This document shows, piece by piece, positions 46,919 through 58,924 of a stretch of 64,000 nucleotides of DNA. The notes under the pieces are model-generated. The model was given only the letters and a program-made list of their open reading frames with translations, was not told the origin of the DNA and made no database searches. Both the position numbers and the translations under genes were made by a program. The DNA is from Dudresnaya verticillata (lineage: Eukaryota): positions 3,038,001 through 3,102,000 of the forward strand of contig OZ374559.1 in assembly GCA_977862235.1 (NCBI GenBank). Direction: 5' to 3'. Every line of letters begins with the position of its first letter. Within the stretch, counting starts at the first letter, position 1.

Positions 46919-47169
46919 AGACTGGCGGAGACGAAACAAGAAACAGAGCCTCACTCTTCAGATCTCTTGTACTCGATCATAGTCATCAGCAAGGGAGACA
47001 TGACGTTGGACACCTCCCTGGTCGTCGAATTTGCTCTCTCCAGATACGTTTCAACTGACCAGGCCTTATCCTAGGCTGTTTACGAGACTTGCAGAAACTC
47101 TAATGTTGAATACTTGACAGGGACTGAAGTTTCTACCCGCTTTAGGGACCAGCTGTTTAACCGCCCTTT

Positions 47170-47560
47170 ATCTAGACGGAACGTTTGAGAGCCTCCGTAC
47201 CTGAACAGGGTATGTAACTGCAACAATCAAGCAGTCCGCAAGACCGGTAATATTACGCAATGGCGGAACCAAGATCCCAGAGGGGGCATTGGTGATGAGT
47301 CTTCAAAGCTGGGCAAACCTGGACCCCAAAATATGGCGCGATCCGTTGGGATTTGGTCCGGAACGGTGGGTCTACAGAACTTCTCGTAGAGAGGGTGACA
47401 AAGTCTGGCCTGGAACTTATGTTCCGTTTGGTAGTAGGTCTCGTGCTTGCGCCGGTAGGTTTCTTGCCAAGCACGACTAAGCTCTAATCCCCGCCGAATT
47501 GCATCGCAGTTTTATTTTCATGCTAGCTTCCGAGAAGAGCGAAGGAGTGGGAGTGAAGGC
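47170..47560 (+). pseudogene. Cytochrome P450 C-terminal remnant
   Basis: GGTKIPEGALV, DPKIWRDPLGFGPERW (PERF-type motif), PFGSRSRACAGRFLA (decayed heme-binding FxxGxRxCxG), followed by a stop. Confidence 0.8.
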
Positions 47561-49046
47561 TTTTGTCGAGGTTGCAAAATCACCCTCTGTGAAGGGAGGG
47601 GGATTAAAAGACGCTAAACAAGCGCGTTGGACTTCTGCCAGAACACAATACAGGAAACGCTATTTCTTTACGGCGTTAGAATACATGTGAATATTTGCCA
47701 TGTCGTTTCTGTGCTTGTTTCAGGATGGGGAGTACTGATGAGAGCTCCTCACCTCTGGAGAGACAAGTGCCACTTCCGTGAGCACAATAGCTACCCCTTC
47801 TAATAATCGATCAGAAGGAACGTTTTCTGTTTGTCCGAACTCACAAGTAGATTACACACACGTTGTCTCCGAGAGGGCCTGCGATAGATAAACTGTGGTT
47901 TAGTTTCTCGAAAGGAGGGTAACGCACAACGTACCTTGTGCCTTGTGGGCGTAGAAAGGATGTATAAGACAAGAGCCCAACTTTTATGCTGTATACTAAG
48001 TGTTGTGAATCGCAACTACTATTTTTGATAATCAGAACTCGTATCAACTGAATCGCAACTACTATTTTTGCTAACCATAACCCGTATCAATAGAACAGAA
48101 TGACATTTCGAGGAACGAAGAGGGCCATGTAGGAGGAGACGGAAGCAGCGAGAGCTCCCAGGGTGAACGGTTACGTCTGCTACCCGTCGCAACGTTCCAG
48201 CAAATTCATGAGCTCCGCTGCGGTTTAGTACATAGCCGCACACAGCCGCCACCCACACTGATACACCCACTCACCGATCCATGCGTGCCGCCACTCGTCC
48301 CTTCGAGCTACTAACAGTATATACGGGATTTTGCGTCTCAGGAGACGAGAAACTGTCTAAACATCTCACGTGGAAGTATCTTTCAAACTCACTGGGACGA
48401 GGTCGTCGCCCTCGAAGCGAATTATGTGTTCCAGACCGTACGCATCGGCAGTCTGGAGACCAAAAGCATTAAAGAAAGTGTGGCGAATACGATGGCCATT
48501 GCCCGTCTCGCGCATGCGAGCGACCATGTTCTCACCACCGGCCTGTCCAAACAGTTTGTAGGCTCTGCCTTGCTGTTGACACTTGCTCGCCCTGGAAGCT
48601 GAAGTGAGAGCCGTCAAAGCCAAACATGTCTGGATTCTTCGAGGCGAAAGCCATGCAGAAGGCCCGGATGCCGATGCTCTTAAAGTCGCATTCGTAGTGG
48701 AGCACGGCGTCAATTTGCAAGGGGACAATCTGCGTACTGATTCAGCAGGAGAAGCCACACGGGTGGTCGCCAGCGTAGGGGTCCGTGAGGCATCGCGCTT
48801 TCGGCTGGTCGCAGCACGCGTTTTCCGTGGCGCGGCGTTCGGTAAAAGTGGCCAGCCGGGTGAAGGCACGCTGTGAAGTGCACGAGCAGCTACTAGTGTG
48901 TCGGGTGCGGGCGGTCCCCCCCAGAAAATATACTGGGACAAGGAGGTAAAAGAAACAATCGATAGGGGGGTGTCGTCCATCTTCTCTGTGGCGGTGGTCG
49001 TGGGTGCTGGTTGGTGTAAAAAGGTGAGTGCGAAGCGAGGTTGGTT

Positions 49047-49074
49047 CTTGTTCTTTAATAAAGGTCTCTCCTCC
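49047..49074 (+). mobile_element. 28-bp extreme 3' end of family A
   Basis: cttgttctttaataaaggtctctcctcc, absent from the paralogous site at ~11285; degenerate TSD ttggtt/tcggct. Confidence 0.7.
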
Positions 49075-49462
49075 TCGGCTGAAAGTGATACATACAGGCT
49101 GCAGCAAGGACGAGATTCGTGTTCCGTTTTGCTGTTTGTCGACGGGGAGATCTTTTCGGAAGGCAGTACGGCCATTAACAATAATGGGTTAACGCGGAAA
49201 CAATAACAAGAGTGTTTTGTAAGCATGTTCAAGCCATCTTCTGAATCCACCTGGGTTCTATGTATAGCCTGCACCTTGGTACAATCTCAAATGTTCAACA
49301 ACCAGCCTTGTAAATATAGACAGGACACCGAGCTGAGCTTCGATGTCAATAGACAAGGACGAAATAGAAATCAGACACACTACCGGTAGTCAAGACGGCA
49401 CGAGGCGAGGATCACAATGTTTGCATGGCCGCTCACCGCCTCGATCGTAGTATCCCTGCACC

Positions 49463-49830
49463 GTGGCTGGGACCCGGCCGGCCCCTGTCTACACTTCAAC
49501 ACGCTTTGCGCCGGCCCTGCAATTGCAATGCACCGCTCATCGAATTCTCGCCATACGATGGCACTTAGGGACGTTCCCGATCCCTCCCCCCAACCCGGTA
49601 GCCGCCCACCGCGTCCGCCGCCTACGACCCCTATTGAATCTGCTGGCTCACCCAAACCCAACTCCCACCTCCCTCACCCGCGTATGCCAAGCAATTGAAC
49701 AAATCCGTCGCATGGGCCTCCAACATACTACATCCTCCGACGACCCCACCACAGCTCGATAGGGCCAGCTCTAGATACGCAGTGTGTTTGCCAATAGGTC
49801 GTTGACGCCGAGGCAAGTACACTCTAAACT
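49463..49830 (+). mobile_element. 3' fragment of LINE family B
   Basis: Duplicate of 11665-12030. Confidence 0.85.
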
Positions 49831-51075
49831 TTGTTGAGCAAACTTTATCATCACTCCACTTTGGTTTCCACCACGCCTTCATACGCACCGATTTCCACTC
49901 TCCCTTTCACTTGTAAAGTGACGCTTACCCTTTCACTTCTTTGATACTCTCGCGCTCCAGTTTCATAATCTTGTTCAACCAGTTGCCAAAAAGCTTTTCA
50001 ACGAATAGCTTGCCCTTTTCAGTGCCCCACAGCTCATAACTGTTTGCCCTTCGTTAAAGCGCATCCTGTATCCGTATACCAAACTTGCAATGTGTGCAAA
50101 AGACGATCATCCCCACCCTTCAAACACGGCGTTATTGTCTTGGCCCACAGTCTTGGAGCACACTTTTTCCACTTCGCTCATCATCGTCTTTGCCCATTCA
50201 CTTATCTCACCCGTCGCCTGCAATTTCGCATGCAACTGGACCCAGTCTCCAGTTGTGTTCCCCACCGCGTACGGCGGACTCGTTCTGATTACGTTGTGCA
50301 AGGATCGCAGTACTACTGCATCGTCCGACTCACCTTATCCCGCTCCTGTCATTTCAAGAGTACTACAGCACCAGTGCTCGGACCATCACAGCATAAGCAG
50401 CCTCTGGGACGAACCAGTGCTTCTGCCAATCGAAGCAACGCAGAATGTACAGGCCCCCATTTCGTTGCTGCTTGTCTGTATCTGAAACCGGCCGCACGCA
50501 GCTGTCCTGTACTACAACTAGCCGAGCCTGCCGGTCTCCCGCCTAAGCCGGCAATGTGCCCGGCTAAAACCTTGACCTTGTACTGCGCCGCCAAGGTACG
50601 TTGCCGAACATCCGCTCGCCACAGGTACCCTGCCAGGGTACACGATTGCCATCAGAGTCTTTCCATACGCCCACAGCGTTGCCGTAATGTTCCAAACGCA
50701 GCGAAAAGAACGCAAACCGTGCTATATTGGACACTTCCGGTTGCCAGAAAGACTACCCTTCCGGGTGCCAGAAAGACCATTTGCAACATGTGTGTCGTTG
50801 TATTTTATTTGTTGTTTAACGTGGTCCTAACATGTGGTACTTTATCTATGTTGTCGTACGGAACAAAGACTGCAACCATGGAGCGTGATCTGAGCCTGTC
50901 CTTGACATTAGAAATGAAAACACAGACCATGATGCTTTCGCAGGGAGCCATTGCCGGGCATTTCAGAAGATGAGTGCATTACTATTGTACAAAAAAAAGT
51001 GATGGAGGCTTTAGCGAGAAACATAGAACGATTGCGGTTGAAAGCAGCACACAGCTACACCTATGATGGCATACT

Positions 51076-54000
51076 TTATTGGATTTTTCTTAAACACGCA
51101 GACAACATTTTTGCTGCTCTCTCTGCTAACTGATTTTCCGACTCGCCTTGATCGTTCAGAGCACCAGTATACTTCGTCAGCGCCGAAAGTGTATCCATTA
51201 CCTTCGTCACTGGGTAATTATTCCCGACCTCTGCGCGGTCAAAGAAGCGATTATCTTTAAACACTCGCCAAAATCGATCGTCGAACGGAAGCTGTTTGTT
51301 CCTACAATCTCTGAACTGGAGTTTGTAGAATAGCGGGAACAGCACAAGGCGCTGTGACCCTTGTTTGCGCTTGAGAAATTCTGACAGCTCCAACATGGGC
51401 CACTTGCGAGAGACAAACGACGGTGACAGGATGAAGATGCCAGCCTTGCTACCCCGGACTGCTGCCCAGATTCTTTCTTCGATCTTTTGCGGGGAAACCT
51501 TCAGACACGTTTTATCCAGAAAACAACTTAGGCCCCTCTTCTCCAACGCATTCCGTAGCGGGAATGCAAGTGACTCCTTATCTTCCCCGGCGTGGCTGAT
51601 AAATACATCGTATAGCATTACGGGTTCTGGCAATATAAAAGGGCGATGACTTGGGCCCCCAAGTACTCTCCCAAGGATGTGCAGCTTCAACTGCTTGTAC
51701 GTCCAAGTCTGGCAACTCTGCTCATTGCGAAGGCAAGATCCTTCTGCTCGGTCCAACGTCTCACACTTCTCACTTCTTACCCAAGCCTCAGGGATTTTCA
51801 AGCGTACGGTACTGGTACCCCCACAGCCCCCGCGAATTTCCGAAGGGCAGTCTGTCATCATATGATGACTCCAATTGGCCTTACTTCCGTGCAGCGGTCC
51901 CTTCAAAAATCTTTCCATACCCTGCAAACACTTGTGTGCAATCTGCAAAGCTTCATCCCTTTCCGACCTGATGGTCCACACCACCCATCTCTTCTCTGGA
52001 ACAAAGCAAACAACAACCCGGCATGCTCCCTCAAGTGACAGGATGACGGCATCTTGACGAAGCTCGGGCGGTTTTGTCCGCTCTCTTCCAATGGTTCGGT
52101 GAAGGTACGCGATCAGTGACCCTGTCAGACTTGGCGGAATGGTATCGACAAACTCTGTTCGTAAAATTAGTTCACTCTCTCCCTCCTTTGTGTCATACGA
52201 GAACCCTTCCCAGCCCTTTGGCAGCAGTGAAGGTATCCCGATTAGCTCGTTCTGTTCACCGTCCGCTCCTTCCACTGCCTGAAGGCGCATGAGGATGTCA
52301 AATTGACAAAGAATGTCAAGCATGACTTTTCGGACAGCTGGTGGGTATTTACACCACAATTCATCCAGTCCCTTTCGTGGGATCAGTCCTTTCTCGTAAC
52401 TTTGTGCTTCATGCTGTCCCAGAGTCTGTAAACGCCTTTCAAACTCTTTCGCTTCTTCTTCACCCAGTCGTTCTCGCATAAACTCAGCCGGGCCCGTGAC
52501 CTGTCGAATAAAGTCCAGAATAACTGTTGGATCTGGGAACACGAACCATCCCTCGCCCGTCTGCACTTCTACGATATGGCCCTGCTGACTCTGGAATTGG
52601 ACGCATTTCTCAACGTCGGCTTCTCTCTCCTCCTTGTCACTAGAGAATCCGGGAAGTCTGGCAGCATGGCTCTGAACTTCTGTCATTACCAGAAAGACTT
52701 TTTGGCTTTCAGTGGCGTGCGACAAAATGGTTTCCCTGAGGGCAGCCCACCGAACTGGAACCTCTTCCCTTCCGTCAAGAATGTCTTCACTTGCTTCCTT
52801 GATAAACTTCTCTAGTTCCACAACGCCTGACCCGGCACGGTCTTGTTCAGCACTGCTGTTCTTGTTCTCGATGGCAACCCACCGACACTTGTATTTGTCG
52901 ACATCGCCCTTCTCACGTACCCAATCATTGTAGACAGCCCTTCCAAGATGCTTTCGCAGTTTTTGTCGCAGCTGCTGAAACAAGTCTTCAGGGCTTTCAA
53001 CTTCTGCCTTCCTGGTTCCCACCAGGATCACCCAAACGTTTTTCGGGGTTTGCGAAGACGTATGTGCCATTTGCATCCAGTCGCATAGTTCCAACACTTC
53101 GTCCTCTTGGGTGACTTCTGACGCAAACCTTTTCAGATCTACCACGAAAACAAAAATGGAAGCGCGGCGGATGAAGATTGCGGGAACACTGAGATACTCT
53201 GCCTGACCCCCAAGGTCCCAGCATTGCACCAACGCAGCGCGATTATCAACAGGAAATGGGTAACTCATGAGCCCTTGTCGTGCTGCTTCCCAAATGGGAG
53301 ACGATAGGGAGTTTATAGACTGCGAAGCAGCAATACTGGGCGGAGCTGGTGGTTGTTGAGCAGTGGTATGGCTGCTTGCCAATGTGTCTCCACTCTGGGG
53401 AACGGTCCTCTTGGTCGGAGGAGCTCGCTTGAGCCAAGTGGGGAGTTTAAGGTGGAACCTTGCGGTGGATTTTTCACTCGGCCGCGATGATGCATCAGTT
53501 GCAGTTGGGAGAAACGCCGATCCAGCTCGAAAGGAGCCGGCATCGGATGCACTTGCTGTAGATGACGTTGGTCGTTCCGTTGGCGTGGGTAACACTTGAA
53601 TCTCGGACCGTGACATGAGGGCATGGAAGGCCTCGCTGTTGAAGGCGAGCTGGTCGACAGTGTCATCGTCCAACTTGGGGCCGTCCGGGACGACAAGAGT
53701 ACGACTCAGCGACACAAAGTGTGTCGGCTGGTGGGTGGCAACGAAGGGCATGGAGCGCAGGCTCCTTACCGTGCTTGTCTTACCGCGTGCCGCACCGCCG
53801 AGAACAAGAAGAAAGCACTGCCGTGGCTTTGCTGTGGCGGTCTTGAGGGTGTTTTCAACAAGTGTGCTGGTGTCACCGATGCGGTTGACAAGGTATTGCG
53901 ACCGGTCGCCGAAAAAATGCTCAAGAGGCGTTAGCTGTTGATGCGCTGCTTGTTGATGCAGTTGGGCTGCTGCGTGCTCATCGCGAGCAACACCGACATC

Positions 54001-54675
54001 TCCGCGGCCAAGCAATGTGGCGAGCTCATAGAGTGCGACGCGGGAGCGATGGAGTTCGATTGAGCGTTGGAAGAGGCTCTTCGCGCGCGGCGGATCGCGC
54101 GCGTCTCCGATATGATTGGACAAAAGCGCTCGGCCCAAAACAACCATATACATTGGGGCCCTCTCGTGACCGCTGTCGCAGAAGCGTTGGAGCAGTTCGA
54201 CGCCGCGCGGAACGTCTCGCGGAAGATCGATTTCGCCGCTCAGCAGCAATTGGCCCAAATTGACCATTGCGTCCACATCCGCAAACTCTGCAACGGCTCG
54301 TTCGTACAGCGCTGCCGCGCGCTTTCTGTCTTTGACAAAATGGCGCCATCCGATATCGAGACGCAGTCCGAGATTCCACAGCGACACCCCGCGCAGATCT
54401 CGCGCGTTGGCGCGCTCGACCAGCTCCGCGGCGCGGCGCTCGTCCTTGGGCACTCCCGCGGCCCCTTCCTTTAGCAACAGTGCAAGGCCATGCCGCGCTT
54501 CGTCATGGTCGCCCTCATGAATCGCTCGCTCGAGCAAGGCGACGGCTTGCAAAGGTAGAACAGGCCCTCCATCTGAAGCGCCCCAGCACACAAAGGCGAG
54601 TGCAACCATGTCGTCGACATCGGCATTGTCATCGATAGCTTGGCGAAGGGCACGGCGCTGCGGTGTGGCATCCAT
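51076..54675 (-). CDS. Sel1-like repeat / Roc GTPase / COR / TIR protein G4, 1199 aa, intronless
   Basis: ATG at 54675 (MDATPQ, as in G3); same motifs as G3; one Sel1 repeat fewer; TIR YDVFISHAGED...KWPMLEL. Confidence 0.92.
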   Translation of the reverse strand: MDATPQRRALRQAIDDNADVDDMVALAFVCWGASDGGPVLPLQAVALLERAIHEGDHDEARHGLALLLKEGAAGVPKDERRAAELVERANARDLRGVSLWNLGLRLDIGWRHFVKDRKRAAALYERAVAEFADVDAMVNLGQLLLSGEIDLPRDVPRGVELLQRFCDSGHERAPMYMVVLGRALLSNHIGDARDPPRAKSLFQRSIELHRSRVALYELATLLGRGDVGVARDEHAAAQLHQQAAHQQLTPLEHFFGDRSQYLVNRIGDTSTLVENTLKTATAKPRQCFLLVLGGAARGKTSTVRSLRSMPFVATHQPTHFVSLSRTLVVPDGPKLDDDTVDQLAFNSEAFHALMSRSEIQVLPTPTERPTSSTASASDAGSFRAGSAFLPTATDASSRPSEKSTARFHLKLPTWLKRAPPTKRTVPQSGDTLASSHTTAQQPPAPPSIAASQSINSLSSPIWEAARQGLMSYPFPVDNRAALVQCWDLGGQAEYLSVPAIFIRRASIFVFVVDLKRFASEVTQEDEVLELCDWMQMAHTSSQTPKNVWVILVGTRKAEVESPEDLFQQLRQKLRKHLGRAVYNDWVREKGDVDKYKCRWVAIENKNSSAEQDRAGSGVVELEKFIKEASEDILDGREEVPVRWAALRETILSHATESQKVFLVMTEVQSHAARLPGFSSDKEEREADVEKCVQFQSQQGHIVEVQTGEGWFVFPDPTVILDFIRQVTGPAEFMRERLGEEEAKEFERRLQTLGQHEAQSYEKGLIPRKGLDELWCKYPPAVRKVMLDILCQFDILMRLQAVEGADGEQNELIGIPSLLPKGWEGFSYDTKEGESELILRTEFVDTIPPSLTGSLIAYLHRTIGRERTKPPELRQDAVILSLEGACRVVVCFVPEKRWVVWTIRSERDEALQIAHKCLQGMERFLKGPLHGSKANWSHHMMTDCPSEIRGGCGGTSTVRLKIPEAWVRSEKCETLDRAEGSCLRNEQSCQTWTYKQLKLHILGRVLGGPSHRPFILPEPVMLYDVFISHAGEDKESLAFPLRNALEKRGLSCFLDKTCLKVSPQKIEERIWAAVRGSKAGIFILSPSFVSRKWPMLELSEFLKRKQGSQRLVLFPLFYKLQFRDCRNKQLPFDDRFWRVFKDNRFFDRAEVGNNYPVTKVMDTLSALTKYTGALNDQGESENQLAERAAKMLSACLRKIQ

Positions 54676-55619
54676 GTCGGCAGGAGCGGGCGGTCGAGCG
54701 GGTGGAGACGGTTGGAGATGGGATGGTTGGGGTGTGTGTGTCGGGAGCGAGTGCGCCAAGCGCACGGCGCTATTTATGCCGCGATGAAAGTTGCGAGTGG
54801 GACGGCGGGAGGTGTTGCAGCGCGGCGTGGGCGGCGGTGTGCCGCGCGGCGGAGCTGTTTGGAGCGGATGTTGTAAAAGTCGAAAGGCGCGTTGTCACGT
54901 CAGAGCACAGTGCACGTGTATTTGGCGCTTGCGCCGATTGGCGCTCTGCGAGATGTTTCGGCCACGCACAAACGTCGTCATCGCTACAGCCCTTACAACA
55001 GAGTCGCGAGCCATCCTTCATCGCTTCGCGAGCTTCGAGCGGAACAAGACCTGCTCCCCGCGAGCCGACTCCGGCCGTGTCCGGCCATGTTTTTCTGTCG
55101 GCGTCCTGCACGCCCGAAGTCTGAGGTGTTGGACATGAGGCGCTGGCCTAGTGGCCTGTGACGCGGCCACGGAAGTCATCCAACGGGCGGCGCATTGCCG
55201 GTTGTTGGCGGAGGCGGTTGTCGTGTGCCGCGCGACGTGCGATCTCCCATCTCTTTTTGCCACACAGCAGCCGCGTCTGTATGCCGGCGGATGTTGTAAA
55301 AGTCGGCAGGCGCGTCGCGTCGTTCGACAATCAGCGGCTGTATGCCGCGGATGCGCATCACTGTATTTCTACATCTGCAGCATCTTTGTCCCACCGCAAG
55401 TGCACCTCGCGCGACAATGACGACAAACACAGCTCTCAACGCGACTCTCTCTCTCTCGATGGAAGCGCACTCGGCGATGCGCTGCCGCCGCCGACCGACC
55501 ACGCAATGCGCGCGAGGTGTTGTTTCTTTATTGGTGTGGTCGCATAGCGTCATTCCTTGTTATAAGAATGCTTCGGTAAAAGAACAAGCCTTCCGTCCAC
55601 CGATCCGGTTCCTTTGAAA

Positions 55620-56398
55620 TCAGCCAGTACAGCTCACGTATGAGGGCCACATTCCTCGATAGCAGCTCGTGCACCTTTTACTGCCCTCCCGAATACCTAT
55701 CGCGGTACTCGCTTCACCCCGGAGGAATGGATTACCGCGTGTGATATCCGCTTGGGCAACCCGGTTTTTACCGGCACTACTCGTTGTCCCCACTGTGTAC
55801 TGACGCGGGGCGTGACGCAAGCTCCTCTACTTGATCCTCTCGGGAAACATGCCATCATCTGCGCTAGGCGCGAAGGTGCTATCCGGCGTCATAACACCTT
55901 ACGCGATGTTCTAGCCAACGAATTCCGCCAGTTGGGCCTACGCCCTATCTATGTCGAATACTCGTTTCTCGCCGAACGTCATCTGCCCCCTACTTCTCGT
56001 CGCCGTATGGACGTGGTGGTTCCTATATCTGCCTTTAACCCCCGCCCTCAGGCCTTTGACGTTACGGTGGCAGCCCCGTTTGCTGCCAATTACTGCACTG
56101 CCGCCTCTCGCTTGGGTGGGGCAGCGGCGACGCTCGCTGAAAGGCCCAAAAGAGCGCATTACCAAGATCTACTCGACAGCGAGGGAATGGATTGGCCGCT
56201 TTACGTCCGAACAGAGAGGGAGTAACCCTTCGGGCGAAACGCAAGCACTCACGAATCGCATTGTATCTCATCTTCTCCGCTTTCAGGCGCTGGCGATCAA
56301 TCGCCGTCGTCTTGCCCTTCAGGTAGGTCCTTGCGTAGACGGGGCGACTTAGCGCCCTTCCAACCCTACCATAAAGGTCCCCATCTCTCCCATCTCTC
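55620..56398 (+). mobile_element. 5'-truncated CRE-like family A4
   Basis: CPHC...GKHAIIC, RRHN, RMDVVV, FDVTV, AERPKRAHY; tail ataaaggtccccatctctcccatctctc. 5' limit approximate. Confidence 0.85.
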
Positions 56399-58304
56399 AG
56401 AGCAGTGCACGTGTAGTGTATTTGGCGCTTGCGCGCGCTCCGCACGCGCCGCCATCCGACAATCATCCGCGGCGCCCATCGATCACAGTCCCATCGTCAC
56501 CTCGCGCCGCCGCCGCTGCAGCATTCTGCCGACACATCGCTACATCACGCGCTGCACCACGCTCGCCCCCCGCGGACGCACAGCACATCACATCCACAGC
56601 ACTGGCGGTGCGCAGCAGGACAATGATACCTCGTCCCTCCCCTCCGCCGCGGCAGCAAAGCAGACCCACAAAAGTGTCTAAAAAAGCATTCCAATCTCCA
56701 ATCGCATCGCCAACGCGTCAGCCCCTTACTCCATGTCGATACCGTTTTGGCAGTAGTGGTGCTCTTTAATTGATGGTTGTAGCTGTGTTGGTGGAGGTAC
56801 GTAGTTCGGTAACAATACTCTTTGGCTGAAGCACTTACTATGTTTCGCTCAGTGAAGGCACCCCGCCCTCTCACCCCAAAAAGCAGTATTGCGCCCCGCC
56901 CCGTACGCAACACAGCAGGAGAGTCAGAACGCTCAAACCGACGTCATCGCTACGGCCCTTACAACAGAGTCGCGAGCCTTCGTTCATCGCAGCGCGATGC
57001 ACGCGTATTTGGGGCTTGTGCGGATTGGCTCACTGTGGGATCTTTTGGCCACACCCAAACGTCGTCATCGTACAGCTGAACTCAGTCGCGCAATCCCATC
57101 CATCACCCACCGCAACCGCCAGCATTTCGTGCCCACCAAGCCACCTCGAGCTGCGCTCAACTCTGCCCGTGTTGCGCAGTCTCGCCGTCACACCTGCTGC
57201 CGCGCCAGACATCCCGACCACGCCTACCGCCGCTCTGCTCGCTGCAACCACCCGGCGAATCGCCCCCCTCGCTCCCATTGTACACTCACACCCCTTGTTG
57301 TCCGTTGTCCTTGGTAGCAAGACTTGCTCGCTGTGGTGCACTCGCACACCATCGCGCCCCAGCCCGCGCCACTATGTTATTCGCTCCAGGTGTTGCATAC
57401 GCTGTTTGACATTGTCGATGCTCTATAACAGCTTCTGCCCCGCGCGCGAGCGACTTGATCCCCACGATAAACATCTTGTGTCCGTAGTGGTCCACAACCC
57501 AGCGCTAGCCGCTAACCAACCTCCCTGCGTCAGCTTGTCCATCCCTGGCACCTTGTGCACTGCGCTACAGATCGACAGCGCCTTGGAAATGTCCTAGCGC
57601 AATCGCAGGATGAACCAGAAGAGCGTTGCGAGAAGGCGTGATTGGCGCGACATGGTTGCTGCCGAGGGTGGCCGGTAGGGGTGCCGTGAGGACTGTGACG
57701 GTTGTAGTGTAATGTTAGTGGGTGCTTTGATTTCGTCGGGGCCGCCTTCATACAAATACACACCGCGTATTGGTGCCCGTCGCGGATCACACCGAATTGA
57801 TCTCTCCATGTGACCAATCAATGTCCCCGAACGGCAGAGGATTACCGGCACCCCGACGCCGTCAATCGTGAGAAAAGCAGCTCCCCACACCATCACAACC
57901 GCCAAGTACGGTATGCACCACCGCGCCACACGAGCTCGCCACGCTCGACATGCCCATGTTTTAATGCCCACCTCGCGCATCCACCTTACTTCCACACGTC
58001 ATCCTCGCTCCCTTCAGCCCCAAATACTGCAATTCGACCAGGAGCCACCAGGCCGGCTTCTTCATTTCAAAGATTTTATGTTTGGCTACTACTGATATAC
58101 CTACAGCAGTTTGTAACCCAGTATCCAAACTCTTGTTGATTACATTCAGTACACACCCGCCATTGCTCTACAAAGTTGCGTGCTCCCTCGTGCCAGCGCA
58201 GTTGCACTTCTCTCCTCTACACATATGGAATGGTAACATTTTAGACATAGAAACAGCACCGTACCGGTTGAACGTTCATGAATGATAGAGTTATTCAAGC
58301 AAGC

Positions 58305-58730
58305 ATCCCTTTAATCGCAAGATTCAGAGTAAGTCCCCTTAAGGGACTTACTCTGAATCCTTAAGGGGACTTATTACCAACTGTTGCTAACGCGGCGGTC
58401 TACAAGCTTGCGCCTGTTAACAGAAAACGCGACAAACTGTAATACTAAAGATGTAAGGCGGGTAAGAAGGGAGACCTTCTCACTAGGCGGGGACGTGCCC
58501 TTTTTCTCACGAGGAAATTCGCAATGCGTTGCGCACCGCGATCATGACGGATGGAGCCATAGATGCCTATAACCATCGGATGTAGTTCGAAATGGTTGTT
58601 TTCGCAGAGGCGACGATAGTGGCGCGCTTTTTCCTTTTTACAAGATTGAATCGCAAGATGGGCTCGAGAAGAGGAAGAGTGGGGAGTTACGACTGAGACG
58701 TCAAACGTTTGAGCAGTTGGTGCGAAGCCG
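58305..58730 (-). mobile_element. Degenerate 3' fragment of a CRE-like element (shorter relative at ~62585-62745)
   Basis: FDVSVVTPH...KARHYRRLC...HPMVIGIYG...AQRIANFL; cccttaaggg hairpin end. Confidence 0.8.
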
Positions 58731-58924
58731 ATCAATGAGCGCTTCAACTGAACTGAAACAACTGATCTGAAACGCTCGTTGATTACCCGTATCGTTTTAT
58801 TCGCCTGCAGTATACTGCTGTGCATGTTAATCGTCGCCGTACTTATTCCAAACCAATAGCTTAGACACCTCTACGGAGCGTAGGATAGGCGCTACTCGGT
58901 TGTTATTATCTCTATGATAAAGCG

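Larger units (their letters stand above)
48645..54270. repeat. Segmental duplication unit 3
   Basis: Near-identical to 10113-16509 but lacking the A3 insertion. Confidence 0.9.

Noticed and set aside
54676..54765. 30-aa N-terminal extension of G4
   Set aside because: Non-ATG start; G3 begins at the equivalent MDATPQ and the TATA-like motif lies immediately upstream.
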